This document shows, in pieces, positions 40,486 to 50,671 of a stretch of 64,000 bases of DNA (positions are counted from its first letter, which is position 1; each line of letters starts with the position of its first letter). The DNA lies in the NCBI GenBank assembly GCA_028824125.1, contig JAPPES010000036.1, forward strand, positions 15,476-79,475. Direction: 5' to 3'. The notes beneath the pieces are model-generated. The model was not told the DNA's origin. It saw nothing but the letters and a program-made list of their open reading frames with translations, and ran no database searches. This stretch comes from Candidatus Poribacteria bacterium (GTDB lineage Bacteria; Poribacteria; WGA-4E; WGA-3G). The translations under genes were made by a program, and so were the position numbers.

Positions 40486-41011
40486 TCAAAGAAAATCGGT
40501 TGTGGTTAGAGAGAGGAATTCAATTGTCATATCGGTGTGGAGCTGCTGAATAGTTGTAAAACAGATATTGATGTCGTTTTCACTGACACCGTCAAAATTG
40601 TCTACCTCTGTGCCCACGACTTTTCCCGTCAATATGGATATTCCCACTAAAGAGATATTTTGTGGCACGTGGGTTGAGGAAATTGTCCCTTGTCTTTTCA
40701 ATTATGTTGGTAGAATTGGCAAAAAATAGGAAGTTGCGGTAGCCATTTTCATAGAGGTAGAGGATTAAGCCTGCCATGATAAGCGTTTTGCCGCTGCCGA
40801 TTGCCATGTTGAAAAGTAGATGTAGGGGGTTTTCTTTACCGGGAAAATTGTTGTTAAAGCAGTGGATGAATCTTGCAAATGCGTCTGTTTGGTATTCGCG
40901 GAGTTCAAAAACGGGACTCAGGTTTTGCGTAATGCTATTGGGCATTTCCTTTTTCAGCATTCCAAAATTGGAGAGCGTATCAAGTTGTTCATATAGAAAT
41001 TGTTCAGGCAT
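40486..41011 (-). pseudogene. remnant of a type III (or type I) restriction enzyme Res / DEAD-like helicase subunit, truncated and frameshifted
   Basis: The 40592..41011 ORF has a Walker A motif (NMAIGSGKTLIMAGL) and a YQ...A motif. The downstream frame 40486..40701 continues with FTTIQQLHTDM. Together they cover only about 200 aa of a ~900 aa protein. Confidence 0.5.
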
Positions 41012-41278
41012 TGTTATTCCTTAATACCTCGTGCGTTATTTCGGAGAGGTCTACGTAGAATTGACTTTTACGCAATTTTTGTAGTATAATATAATTAATA
41101 GCCAGGGACGAAAATGGCTCCATGCCTGGTGATTGTCGGGCTGCGGTTCGCACAATTCTATATCCCCGGCTTTTTTATTTTCTCCACTGTAAAACCTTTG
41201 CTGTCACCGCCTTCGTCTACAAAATAGTGCCGAATTGAAGTAGGTGTTCCAGGGATTTGTCTATTCTCCATATTTGCG

Positions 41279-42667
41279 CTACGAAGACTCTTCACCGAGT
41301 ATCAAACTGTCCCAATAGTCATTTTTAGGGAATTTCCTTTCTGTAGAACATTGCTTCATAATTTTTTCTATTGAATCCCGACATAAGTCTTGCGCTCTTG
41401 TAATAAACTTATTTATAGGAACAGGCTCTCCTTCAATTATAACATTTTCCTTTAACTCTCCGCCATGCACTACCTTTGAACGACACTTATATAGTTCCTT
41501 AAACACTTCAAACAACTTTGTTCGATCTTCTTGATCTTTTCCCAAGTGCCAAGAGGCGCGAACAGCGAATTTAAAAGTTGATTCATGCGCGTCTGGTAAA
41601 TAGAGTGCTTCAAAGGCTATTACCAAGTCAATTATTTTATCTTGAAAATTCTGATATGTCTTTGACTTTATCCATCTATTAATCACTATATCCAATTTTT
41701 TCCTGACGTCTGAATTTAATTTTTCCAAAAGTTCGTACAGACGTTTGGCTTCATCTATTTGAGCTTTTCCAGCCGTAGTGAAACTTCCAAATGGATCAGC
41801 ATCATAACTTCGGGTAATTCCTCCTTGCCCGGGGGCATTCAGATTGAAGAGTTCATCCTCTGCCAAAAATAGCCACTTGAGAGAAATTTGAACTGCAGAA
41901 TTACAAGCCAAAGACATGGCTTGGCAAAATTTCTCATAGAAATCATCTGCCTTGAATTTCGGAAATTTTCCACCAATTGCTTCGATTTGAAATGGAATAT
42001 CGTCCCTTTGCAACTGTTTTAGAGAAGGTTTGTGAAATATAGGAGACATGAAAGCGTCAATGATAAGCAGTGTTTTTCCGAGGAAGGAATGTGCTGCCAT
42101 CTGAGTAATTGCCATAACAGGCAAATAGTTTGAAAGTTCTGATGTTGAAAGAGGAAGAGGGACCAGCCTTACTCCTTCAAAACCTTGTATTTCCGCCTCT
42201 ACTCTTATTCCTTCAAGTAATGCAAAGTATTGAAAAGGTGCGTATGTATTTTTTGTGCATTTATCAAAATCCGCTACTGCTCTCCCTATTCCGTGTACAA
42301 TAGCAATTTTCAAGAGTTGATCCAGTAGACTATCCAGGGTATATCCACCTGGAGAACCAATTCCTACTATAAAAAAACTTGCGGATTGGATCTTGTCCTC
42401 ATGGATAAATGAAGTAAACTCCTCCCTGATGAAATCAAGAAGTTTTGATTTCGTAGTCGTATTTACGATGTGCGATTCATAACGTGTTGCGGGCGATAAG
42501 AAATTTATTGAATGAAATATCCAGTATTGCTGTAGGATCGATCTATATTCATTGACATCAATAATAGGCGGCAATTGATGTCTATTTGCTGAATCTATTC
42601 GTATTTCCAAATTCTCTATCGCTTCATTTAGCAACTGTCTTAATTCCTGTTTTCTTACATCATTCAT
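41279..42667 (-). CDS. hypothetical protein with a C-terminal HEPN (Apea-like) Rx4H motif
   Basis: The 462 aa ORF has a C-terminal ...FEALYLPDAH...KELYKCRSKVVHGGEL segment (Rx4H). It overlaps the upstream ORF by 8 nt, which suggests an operon. Confidence 0.4.
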   Translation of the reverse strand: MNDVRKQELRQLLNEAIENLEIRIDSANRHQLPPIIDVNEYRSILQQYWIFHSINFLSPATRYESHIVNTTTKSKLLDFIREEFTSFIHEDKIQSASFFIVGIGSPGGYTLDSLLDQLLKIAIVHGIGRAVADFDKCTKNTYAPFQYFALLEGIRVEAEIQGFEGVRLVPLPLSTSELSNYLPVMAITQMAAHSFLGKTLLIIDAFMSPIFHKPSLKQLQRDDIPFQIEAIGGKFPKFKADDFYEKFCQAMSLACNSAVQISLKWLFLAEDELFNLNAPGQGGITRSYDADPFGSFTTAGKAQIDEAKRLYELLEKLNSDVRKKLDIVINRWIKSKTYQNFQDKIIDLVIAFEALYLPDAHESTFKFAVRASWHLGKDQEDRTKLFEVFKELYKCRSKVVHGGELKENVIIEGEPVPINKFITRAQDLCRDSIEKIMKQCSTERKFPKNDYWDSLILGEESS

Positions 42668-43307
42668 CGCTTTTCACCTTTTTATAAGAATTTCCATAAA
42701 ACATCTTATTCAACGCCTTATCTTCCACACTCACCCCAAAATCCGCATCCTCTATTTCGGAAAGGTTGACATAGAGTTGATTTTTATCCAGCAGTTTTGC
42801 TAATAGGTGTTTTTGTGCGTCAAGGCTGTCTATAGACATGAAATAAGCTTCTGCTTCTTCCGCACTGCCTTTTGCTTCTTCCGATTTTTCTGGGTTCTCG
42901 GCGTTAACATACCAATTGCGTTTTTCCTCTTCTTTTATCTGTCCGCCTTCAAGCACACAATCTTTGTAGGGCCAAACGAGCGAGACTTCGCCGCGTTCAC
43001 GCAGATATTTTCCATCAATGTTCAAGCCGATTTTGTTGCGAAACTGGGTGTAAGAATTGGCAAGGAAGTTTTTAGCGGTGATGTAGTCAATGAAGGTATT
43101 GTGATTGAAAACCCAATGCCCATCAATTTCGTCAAAAAAGGTTGTTTTTATTTCTGGGTCGGACAGCAACAATTTAATGAGGTTGTGGTCAAGTTGCCAT
43201 GCGTGGTCTTTAACTGCGGCGGGGAGGAGTTCGTCTGATTCGTCTACAAAGTCAGGATCGGTTTTGAGGAGAGCAATAAGTTTTTCGTTGAAGTTTTGTT
43301 TTGACAT
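42660..43307 (-). CDS. hypothetical protein resembling the N-terminal domain of type III R-M Mod methyltransferases (no catalytic domain present)
   Basis: The pattern LIKLLLSDPEIKTTFFDEIDGHWVFNHNTFIDYI...FLANSYTQFRNKIGL resembles Mod N-termini as I recall them. No DPPY or FxGxG motifs occur downstream. Confidence 0.3.
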   Translation of the reverse strand: MSKQNFNEKLIALLKTDPDFVDESDELLPAAVKDHAWQLDHNLIKLLLSDPEIKTTFFDEIDGHWVFNHNTFIDYITAKNFLANSYTQFRNKIGLNIDGKYLRERGEVSLVWPYKDCVLEGGQIKEEEKRNWYVNAENPEKSEEAKGSAEEAEAYFMSIDSLDAQKHLLAKLLDKNQLYVNLSEIEDADFGVSVEDKALNKMFYGNSYKKVKSDE

Positions 43308-43315
43308 AGAGATTA

Positions 43316-43615
43316 TTAACCATTACCGATCAATTTTAACGCGATACTCACTGAGAATATAATACCGCCTGTTAGGATTGCACCTAAAAACAATTGAATC
43401 ACTGTCATTTTGCCATTAAGTCCTGATATGCTTGTTTCAAGATCGGATATATTTTTTGATAGTTCTTTATGTTCTTTCCTGTTTTCTTCATCCATTTTTT
43501 TTACATCAGACTTTAATTCATTTACATCAGACTTTAATTCATTTACATCAGACTTTAATTCGTTTATATTATCTTCAAGTCTTTTCAGAATTTCAGTATT
43601 AAGTTCATTTGCCAT
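43316..43615 (-). CDS. small coiled-coil, tail-anchored membrane protein with a 3x NELKSDV repeat
   Basis: A 21 nt tandem repeat occurs three times at ~43505..43567. The C-terminal TM helix is VIQLFLGAILTGGIIFSVSIALKLI. Confidence 0.45.
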   Translation of the reverse strand: MANELNTEILKRLEDNINELKSDVNELKSDVNELKSDVKKMDEENRKEHKELSKNISDLETSISGLNGKMTVIQLFLGAILTGGIIFSVSIALKLIGNG

Positions 43616-43846
43616 TGTTTCTCACCTCCTATAAAATCGTTTGTGTTACCTGCCATCTGAAATCAGCTGTTGCTAAAGCAGCTATACATGTTAACGCAAT
43701 AGAAAATAGAAAGATTGCAAAATTAAATTGCAGTGTTCCTACTGTTCCCTTTTCCAATAACTCTAATTCGTACTTTTTGGCTTCATACTATATCTGAATT
43801 GCGATTATATAGTGGATTCTACAATTAACTGGACATCTGATCTATA

Positions 43847-43905
43847 GGAGGGAACTCCGATTCCCGACTATTAATGGTTTCGTCGCGATTCGGAGATCGC
43901 TCCTA
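43847..43905. repeat. family C repeat copy
   Basis: The segment ggagggaactccgattcccgac ... gtcgcgattcggagatcgctcctac matches 10596..10640. Confidence 0.5.
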
Positions 43906-43975
43906 CAGAATATATGTAAACTTATTTATATAATTTATTATAACTCAAAGTTATTTTATATTTGGATGTTTAGGA

Positions 43976-45337
43976 TTAAATCGAATAAATCATTCGACTC
44001 GCCTCTTCAAATTCAGGTTCGAGTGGGTCAGTAGACAAGTACAGTTTTTGGTAAGGTTCATACAGTTGGATATAACTCCAATTCACACCACACAGAACTT
44101 TTCCATTATTGACAAGTTTGATAAATCTTCCTCGAAACTTTGCGCGGGTACGCTGAGGGGGTGCATGCATCGCGTGTCGAATCTGGGCATCATCTAAAAT
44201 CCGTTCTGTCAAACCTCGTTTTTCGGCTTTGTAGAAAATGCCTTCATCCTGTCGAATGTTGTGATATTCTAAATCTAAGCGTTTCACTTCCGCGGAATCC
44301 CAGCTTAGGGAGCGGTGATTGACATAAGTCTCAATCCATTTTCGTTTAATGACCCAGTCCAGCTCACGTTCCAATTGCATTGGATCATCTTCCAGACAAG
44401 TCATAACGTATTCCCAACGCGCCATTACCTCGTCAGTCGTTGGATCAGATTCTGCTTGTTCAAGATACCGTTTTGCACATTCAAAGTATTGCCATTGAAG
44501 TTCGACAGCAGAAAGTCGTTTTCCGTTTTCAAGTTCAATAAGTCGCTTGCAGGCGATGTCCTCAGAGATTTCGTGTATCGCTTGCACAGAATTGCGCAGG
44601 GCAAAACGTTCATTGATAAAATGATCTTCAATCATGCGTAGAATGATTCCAGTTGTGCCGACTTTCAAAAACGTTGAAAATTCGGACATATTGGAATCAC
44701 CGACGATAACATGTAACCGTCTATATTTTTCTCGGTCAGCGTGAGGTTCGTCGCGGGTGTTGATAATGCCGCGTGCTGTTGTTGTAGCGATAGAAATTTC
44801 TTCTCGGATGTGTTGGGCACGTTGTGAAATCTCATAGAAGCCTTGGTCGCTTCGTTTAACTTTACCCGCGCCTGAGTATATTTGTCGGGTGACAAAAAAA
44901 GGTATGAGTTGTGATGCTAACTGCCGAAAACTAACTTTTTCGCGCTCCATAAGATAGTTTTCATGACAGCCGTAAGTATTTCCGACTGTATCCAAGTTAT
45001 TCTTAAAAATGGTGATCTTGCCACGAAAACCGTCCGCGCGCATTCTTCGCTCAGCAGTTGTGGCAAGCCGAGTTACGATTCGTTCACCTGCCTTATCATG
45101 CGCGACTAATTCGATGACATCATCGCATTCTGGCGTTGCGTATTCAGGATGACATCCAATATCTTGGTAAAACCGCGCGCCGTTTTCTAAAAACACATCG
45201 GGATACATCCGCCCAGAAATAATTTCGCGAAACAGATACATAACGACATTCTGGACCGTTAGTTTTTTGCTTCTGTTTTTCTCTGGGGTACAGATTATCC
45301 CGTACTCGGTTTCCAATCCGTATATTCTACGATGCAT
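43976..45337 (-). CDS. pafA: Pup--protein ligase PafA
   Basis: The 453 aa ORF starts MHRRIYGLETEYGI. It belongs to the Dop/PafA carboxylate-amine ligase family and lacks the Dop-specific insertion. It sits downstream of prcA, as in Mycobacterium. Confidence 0.8.
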   Translation of the reverse strand: MHRRIYGLETEYGIICTPEKNRSKKLTVQNVVMYLFREIISGRMYPDVFLENGARFYQDIGCHPEYATPECDDVIELVAHDKAGERIVTRLATTAERRMRADGFRGKITIFKNNLDTVGNTYGCHENYLMEREKVSFRQLASQLIPFFVTRQIYSGAGKVKRSDQGFYEISQRAQHIREEISIATTTARGIINTRDEPHADREKYRRLHVIVGDSNMSEFSTFLKVGTTGIILRMIEDHFINERFALRNSVQAIHEISEDIACKRLIELENGKRLSAVELQWQYFECAKRYLEQAESDPTTDEVMARWEYVMTCLEDDPMQLERELDWVIKRKWIETYVNHRSLSWDSAEVKRLDLEYHNIRQDEGIFYKAEKRGLTERILDDAQIRHAMHAPPQRTRAKFRGRFIKLVNNGKVLCGVNWSYIQLYEPYQKLYLSTDPLEPEFEEASRMIYSI

Positions 45338-46037
45338 GGTTAAAAATCTCGGTTATCTCTTCAACGGAAAACCGGCGAAATTTACGACGTCCAGCAGTTG
45401 CATCAAGACACGCAACTTCTATGGTATGTGGCGTTATCTGATATGGTTCCGACTCTTCCGCTTCAATGTTTTCAAAAGTTCGTGATGCAAGTTGCAACGC
45501 TTCGGCTAATTCCAAACCCTCTGTAAAAGTATCATTTAATATTTGCGTGATAGCATTTGCTCTGCCGCCTATAACCGCAAATCTTTCTTCTTCCTGATAG
45601 GTCCCGTCAAAGTCAATGTAATAAATCTGGTTACCGACAGCAGGATTTCCATCCACCTCACATACAAGCAGTTCAATCTCTAACGGTTTTGCGTCCCATG
45701 CTTGAGCGATCGCCCCCATGTGTTGTGAATATAGATTTGTCAACCATTTTGCGGTAACATCTTCCCTGTAGTAGGTATAACCTTTCACTTCAGATTCACG
45801 GATACCAGCTACCCGAAGTGCCTCATATTCAGCAACTCGGCCAGTTGAAACAAGTGCTATTTTGTCATAAATTTCTGAAATTTTAAAGGTAGTTCTGCGC
45901 GGGTTTTCGGCAACCATTAAGAGTCCATCCTTATATGCTAAGGCAATTACCTCTTTCGCTTGCTCAATCCCGCGACGGACAAAATCCTTTTTATCTTCCC
46001 AAATCTGTTCAGGCGACACGTAATAAGGCGTCGACAT
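45327..46037 (-). CDS. prcA: proteasome alpha subunit
   Basis: The 236 aa ORF has an N-terminus (MSTPYYVSPEQIWEDKKDFVRRGIEQAKE) typical of bacterial PrcA. Confidence 0.8.
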   Translation of the reverse strand: MSTPYYVSPEQIWEDKKDFVRRGIEQAKEVIALAYKDGLLMVAENPRRTTFKISEIYDKIALVSTGRVAEYEALRVAGIRESEVKGYTYYREDVTAKWLTNLYSQHMGAIAQAWDAKPLEIELLVCEVDGNPAVGNQIYYIDFDGTYQEEERFAVIGGRANAITQILNDTFTEGLELAEALQLASRTFENIEAEESEPYQITPHTIEVACLDATAGRRKFRRFSVEEITEIFNHAS

Positions 46038-46067
46038 TCATAACTCCTCTACTGGACGAAAAAGAAA

Positions 46068-46859
46068 CTACGGTTGTTCCAAGCGAGCGACTAACTCCCG
46101 GTACAACTCAGCAACAGTCTCATCTGGAACTTCGGACACACCTGCTTCTGTAATTAATGTCAAGGTCGGAAAGATTCTCCGAATCAAATCAGGACCGCCA
46201 GTCGCAATATCCTCATCTGCCGCATCCCAGAGTGCTTCTACCACAGCTTTTAGTGCCGATTCTGTGGACATATCCGATTGATACAACTTTTTTAGAGTTG
46301 AACGCGCATCTTTCCCACCGGAACCGATAGCATAATAAGAATCTTCCTCGTAACGTCCGCCAAGCGCATCGTATTTAAAAATCCGCCCACTCCCACGTTT
46401 TAAATCAAAACCAGCAAAAAGCGGCAAAACAATGAGTCCTTGCATAGCTAAACTTAAATTCGCTCTCACAAGACTGGACAAATAATTTGCTTGCCCATCT
46501 AAACTTAAGGGTGAACCTTCTATCTTTTCATAAAATTCGACTTGAACTTGAAAAAGTTTAGCTGTTTCAATACAGGGGCCCGCAACTCCGGCAACTGCTA
46601 TTGCAGAGTGTCTATCAATTTTATAGACTTTCTGAATCCGCCGTTCACCGACTTGGTACCCCTCTGTTGCTTGACGATCACCTGCGATAATCACACCTTC
46701 ATTATATACAAGCGCGAGCACTGTAGTCCCTTCCAAAAAATTTTGCGGGAGGGCACCTTGCAATCCGTTAGGTTGGTTCCAGTTACCAACTTGATCGGGG
46801 TATTTGTTCTTTAGAATTTGTAAAAAATCGGAAGTTCCATAATCATGGCGTTTGAGCAA
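46068..46859 (-). CDS. prcB: proteasome beta subunit (with propeptide)
   Basis: A GTTVLAL active-site Thr follows the propeptide, giving an Ntn-hydrolase. It is located after pup. Confidence 0.8.
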   Translation of the reverse strand: MLKRHDYGTSDFLQILKNKYPDQVGNWNQPNGLQGALPQNFLEGTTVLALVYNEGVIIAGDRQATEGYQVGERRIQKVYKIDRHSAIAVAGVAGPCIETAKLFQVQVEFYEKIEGSPLSLDGQANYLSSLVRANLSLAMQGLIVLPLFAGFDLKRGSGRIFKYDALGGRYEEDSYYAIGSGGKDARSTLKKLYQSDMSTESALKAVVEALWDAADEDIATGGPDLIRRIFPTLTLITEAGVSEVPDETVAELYRELVARLEQP

Positions 46860-46861
46860 CC

Positions 46862-47077
46862 CTACTGCCCTCCCCGCTGGATGTAGTTTTCGACGAATTC
46901 CTCGGAGTCTTCTTCCAGAATTTCGTCGATTTCATCAAGGAGCGCATCTAAATCTTCAGTCAACTCGTTTACGTCTTCATTGAATTCAGAATTGGGTTGT
47001 ATCTCCGCAGTTTCATTCGCGGGATGCTCTCTGTATTCTTGCTGTTTTTCGCTTGGCATGTTGTACTCCTTTTTCAA
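46862..47077 (-). CDS. pup: prokaryotic ubiquitin-like protein Pup (C-terminal GGQ)
   Basis: The 71 aa ORF is acidic and disordered. Its C-terminal helix region is DLDALLDEIDEILEEDSEEFVENYIQRGGQ. The terminal Gln implies a requirement for Dop deamidation. Confidence 0.85.
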   Translation of the reverse strand: MKKEYNMPSEKQQEYREHPANETAEIQPNSEFNEDVNELTEDLDALLDEIDEILEEDSEEFVENYIQRGGQ

Positions 47078-47120
47078 AATTACGGGTAACGGAAACTCCG
47101 TATACCTATGTTATTAGACA

Positions 47121-47248
47121 TTATAGTAAAATCCATAATTACTTGGACACGACGGTAGGTTCGGTTTCCTAACCGAACTTGTGTCCAATCGTGCGGTTAG
47201 AAACCGCACCTACCAGGGAGTGTGAACATATTTTTGGATTTCACTATA
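47121..47248. repeat. MITE family A copy
   Basis: The terminal inverted repeats are ttatagtaaaatcc ... ggatttcactata. The internal hairpins are the same as in 24625..24762. Confidence 0.65.
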
Positions 47249-47278
47249 TTCTATCAGGGGAAACCCTAATCAACAAGA

Positions 47279-48784
47279 TTATTTGCAGTCAACTCGGATT
47301 TGGTTCACAAGTTCAGCGACTGTACAAGTGTTCAGCAGTTCACCAACAATTTCTTGTGTGCCAAAATGTGGACGTTCCATCATAATTTTATCAAAACCGG
47401 TTGGACCGTTGAAAATAATTGAATTCCAACTCACACTATGAATGTCATTAGGAAATTTTCGTAAACATGTTCCTCGAAAATATGCACGGGTATCTAAAGG
47501 TGGATGCTGAATTGCATGAACAATTTCTTCATGAGTCAATATCCGTTCAACATGTCCATTTTTCAGTAAACGTGCATAAAGCCCTTTATCAGGTCGCAGG
47601 TCATGATACTGAAGATCCATCATCCGAACACGCGGATCAGTCCATTTGAAATCGTGACGTGCGACATAAGCACCAATTAGCCGTTTTTTGATGATCCAAT
47701 CTAAATGCTGTCCCAAAGACATCGGATCAGTTTGTAAACCCCTTAAGACAAAATCCCACTTTTCCAAAACATCTTCAACGATAGGCGTTCGATCTTCATC
47801 CGAAAGATGTTGATGTGCAAGTTCGAGATACGCCCGTTGAACCTCTATTGCTGTCCATTTGCGACCATCTTTCAGCTCAATCTTGTTTTTGCAGGATAGA
47901 TCACGCGAGATTGATTTTACCACCGCAACAGGTTCTTGTAAAGCAAATTGTTTACCGATAACACCTTTTTCAATTAATTGCAAGACGATAGCCGTAATGC
48001 CGACTTTGAGATAGATAGCGAATTCGGACATGTTTGAATCGCCCACAATCACATGCAATCGCCGATAAAGTTTAGAATCAGCGTGCGGTTCATCACGGGT
48101 GTTTATCAGCGGCCGTTCAACCATTGTGCTGAGCCCGACCTCTTTTTCAAAGAAATCTGCCCGTTGTGAGATTTGGAAATCGGTATCGTCCGCGCCGTTT
48201 TCAGCGCCTACCTTACCACTTCCTGTAATAATTTGGCGTGTTACGAGAAAAGGCGTTAATCCGTCAACAATATCCGAAAATGGCACTTTACGCGACATCA
48301 AGTAATTTTCATGTGCTCCGTAACTATGTCCTTTATAATCAGTGTTGTTTTTATAGATAATAATTTCTTGATTATCCAGTAGCAACTGCTCTGCAGCGAG
48401 TCGGCTTAAATCTAAAATGAGTTCGCCAGCTTTTTCGTATTTAACCAGATCACGAGCGTTTGAACATTCCGGTGTGCAGTATTCCGGGTGTGCGTGGTCA
48501 ACATAATACCTGCCACCGTTTATCAAAATATCGTTAATAACATTGTGGTTCTCATCCTCAACAGATAGATTTTGACTCTCCTCCATAAATCCACGGGCAT
48601 CCATCAACGGGTTTTCTTGCGCATAATCCCACGAAATCGTTGGAATGTTACGACTTTTATAGGCGTTTACGACTAACGTTGAAGCCGCTATCGGGTCTTG
48701 CTCTCGCGCATTTTTGACAGAGATACCGAACTCTGTTTCGGTTCCGATAATTGTTGGTATTGACATATTCTTTTTTGTTATCAA
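47279..48784 (-). CDS. dop: Pup deamidase/depupylase Dop
   Basis: The 501 aa ORF starts PTIIGTETEFGI and is a PafA/Dop-family member. It is about 48 aa longer than the PafA paralog and lies immediately upstream of pup. The start may be the MSIPTI Met at 48766. Confidence 0.75.
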   Translation of the reverse strand: MITKKNMSIPTIIGTETEFGISVKNAREQDPIAASTLVVNAYKSRNIPTISWDYAQENPLMDARGFMEESQNLSVEDENHNVINDILINGGRYYVDHAHPEYCTPECSNARDLVKYEKAGELILDLSRLAAEQLLLDNQEIIIYKNNTDYKGHSYGAHENYLMSRKVPFSDIVDGLTPFLVTRQIITGSGKVGAENGADDTDFQISQRADFFEKEVGLSTMVERPLINTRDEPHADSKLYRRLHVIVGDSNMSEFAIYLKVGITAIVLQLIEKGVIGKQFALQEPVAVVKSISRDLSCKNKIELKDGRKWTAIEVQRAYLELAHQHLSDEDRTPIVEDVLEKWDFVLRGLQTDPMSLGQHLDWIIKKRLIGAYVARHDFKWTDPRVRMMDLQYHDLRPDKGLYARLLKNGHVERILTHEEIVHAIQHPPLDTRAYFRGTCLRKFPNDIHSVSWNSIIFNGPTGFDKIMMERPHFGTQEIVGELLNTCTVAELVNQIRVDCK

Positions 48785-48871
48785 ATAGACACTGCAGATA
48801 TAAAAGCAATATTAGACTACATACGTGGAAAACCTAAATGTTGAGTTTCGCTACGTTCCCGACATTTGCTG

Positions 48872-50671
48872 CTACAGGTACGTTCCACCTTTACTGACTC
48901 GGACTTCTGGTTTCCTACGCGGCTCCGGTTGATTAATCAATGCCCGAATGTTGACGATTTTTTCACCTTTTCTACCGGAAATCTTTGCCCAATCATCTGG
49001 ATTCGTGGTATTTGGTAGGTCTTCGTTTTCGCGATATTCCTCTCGGATAGCGGTTTTCAAGTCGTCAAGCGAAATTCCCTTTTCCTTCCCTTCCGAATCA
49101 ATCAAGCGTTTAATTGCCGTCTTCTTAGCGCGTGAGACAATGTTTCTAATCATCGCTCCGCTCACAAAATCCTTAAAGAAAAGAGTTTCGCGTTCGCCAC
49201 GGGTGTATGTTACCTCAATAAACCTATTTTCATCTGTGGTAGCGTACATTTCGTCTACAGCCGCGGAGATAAGATGTTCCGAAATGCTATCAGTATTACC
49301 ATCAAATTTATCTATTTCTCCTTTTGCGAACGGAAGGTCCGGTGTTAAATAGATAGCAAAAATATCCCTGGCACCGTCAATATTGGGACGATCAATCTTT
49401 ATTTTAATGTCAAGTCTACCCGGTCTCAAAACAGCAGGGTCAAGGAGGTCTTGTCGATTACTTGCCCCGATAACAATTACATCGCGCAAATTTTCTACGC
49501 CATCTATTTCTGCCAGGAACTGTGGCACCAGTGTAGATTCCATGTCTGATGAAATTCCCATGCCACGCGAGCGGAACAAAGAATCCATTTCGTCAAAGAA
49601 GATAACAACAGGATATCCCTCTTTCGACTTGTCACGTGCTTTTTGGAAGACTTCTCGTATCTTTCTTTCGGTTTCACCAACATATTTATTGAGCAGCTCA
49701 GGGCCTTTAATATTTATAAAATAGCCTCTGACGTCATCTCTGCCGGTTTTTTGTCGGATACTTTCAGCGAGGTTATTCGCTACCGCACGGGCTATCAATG
49801 TTTTTCCACATCCTGGAGGTCCATAGAGTAACACGCCTTTCGGGGGAGTCAGATCAAATTCGCGGTACTCATTCGGGTAAAGGTAGGGCATTTCAATGGC
49901 ATCCCGAATCGCCTCTATCTGTGTATCCAACCCACCGATGTCAGCATAACTTATGTCTGGCACTTCCTCAAGAAGTAGGTCATCAAGTTCACGTTTGGGA
50001 AGTTTTTCAAGGAGCATGCCGCTGGTATGATTCAGCAAGACACTATCCCCTGTCTTCAAAGTTTCGTCTTTTAAAGCTGAGGAAACACGGACAACCTGTT
50101 CCTCATCAGTGCGAAGACTGACAACAGCGCGGTCAGATTCAAGCACCTCTTTTATCTTAACAACATCCCCGTGCTTCTCAGGTGGTTTGATAGCGACGAC
50201 ATTTAAGCCACTATTAACAATGACCTCTTGCCCCACCTGTATTTGATCTGCTTTGAGGGCAGGATCAAGATTCACACGCCATTTTTTCCCGCTGATGTCA
50301 ACATCAATCGTGTTATCATCATTTGTGCCGAGAAAAATACCGTAGTTATTTGGAGGCGCGCTGAGCTGCTTGACTTTCTCTTTTAGGAGTTCAAGTTTTT
50401 CCTTTGCCTCTTGGAGCGTAGTCGTCAGTTTGCGGTTGCGTCTGTGTGCCTGCATCAGCTCTCGCGTCATTTCATACAAGCGCGCGTCCACATCTTCATC
50501 CGGGGCAGTGCTGAGTTGTCTTCGCAGATCACTGACTTCGTTTTCAAGCATTTCTATCTGCCAGTTTAACTCACGAATCCGCTGTGGATAGTCAACCGTG
50601 TTATCTGATTCGATCCCTTCAATATCAGAACCTTTGAATAATTCAGATGAAGTCTCTCTTTTACCAGCCAT
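48872..50671 (-). CDS. arc: proteasome-associated AAA ATPase ARC/Mpa
   Basis: An N-terminal coiled coil (LENEVSDLRRQL...KLELLKEKVKQL) is followed by an OB region and an AAA module (LLYGPPGCGKTLIARAVAN). The ORF could extend to 50734. Confidence 0.75.
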   Translation of the reverse strand: MAGKRETSSELFKGSDIEGIESDNTVDYPQRIRELNWQIEMLENEVSDLRRQLSTAPDEDVDARLYEMTRELMQAHRRNRKLTTTLQEAKEKLELLKEKVKQLSAPPNNYGIFLGTNDDNTIDVDISGKKWRVNLDPALKADQIQVGQEVIVNSGLNVVAIKPPEKHGDVVKIKEVLESDRAVVSLRTDEEQVVRVSSALKDETLKTGDSVLLNHTSGMLLEKLPKRELDDLLLEEVPDISYADIGGLDTQIEAIRDAIEMPYLYPNEYREFDLTPPKGVLLYGPPGCGKTLIARAVANNLAESIRQKTGRDDVRGYFINIKGPELLNKYVGETERKIREVFQKARDKSKEGYPVVIFFDEMDSLFRSRGMGISSDMESTLVPQFLAEIDGVENLRDVIVIGASNRQDLLDPAVLRPGRLDIKIKIDRPNIDGARDIFAIYLTPDLPFAKGEIDKFDGNTDSISEHLISAAVDEMYATTDENRFIEVTYTRGERETLFFKDFVSGAMIRNIVSRAKKTAIKRLIDSEGKEKGISLDDLKTAIREEYRENEDLPNTTNPDDWAKISGRKGEKIVNIRALINQPEPRRKPEVRVSKGGTYL

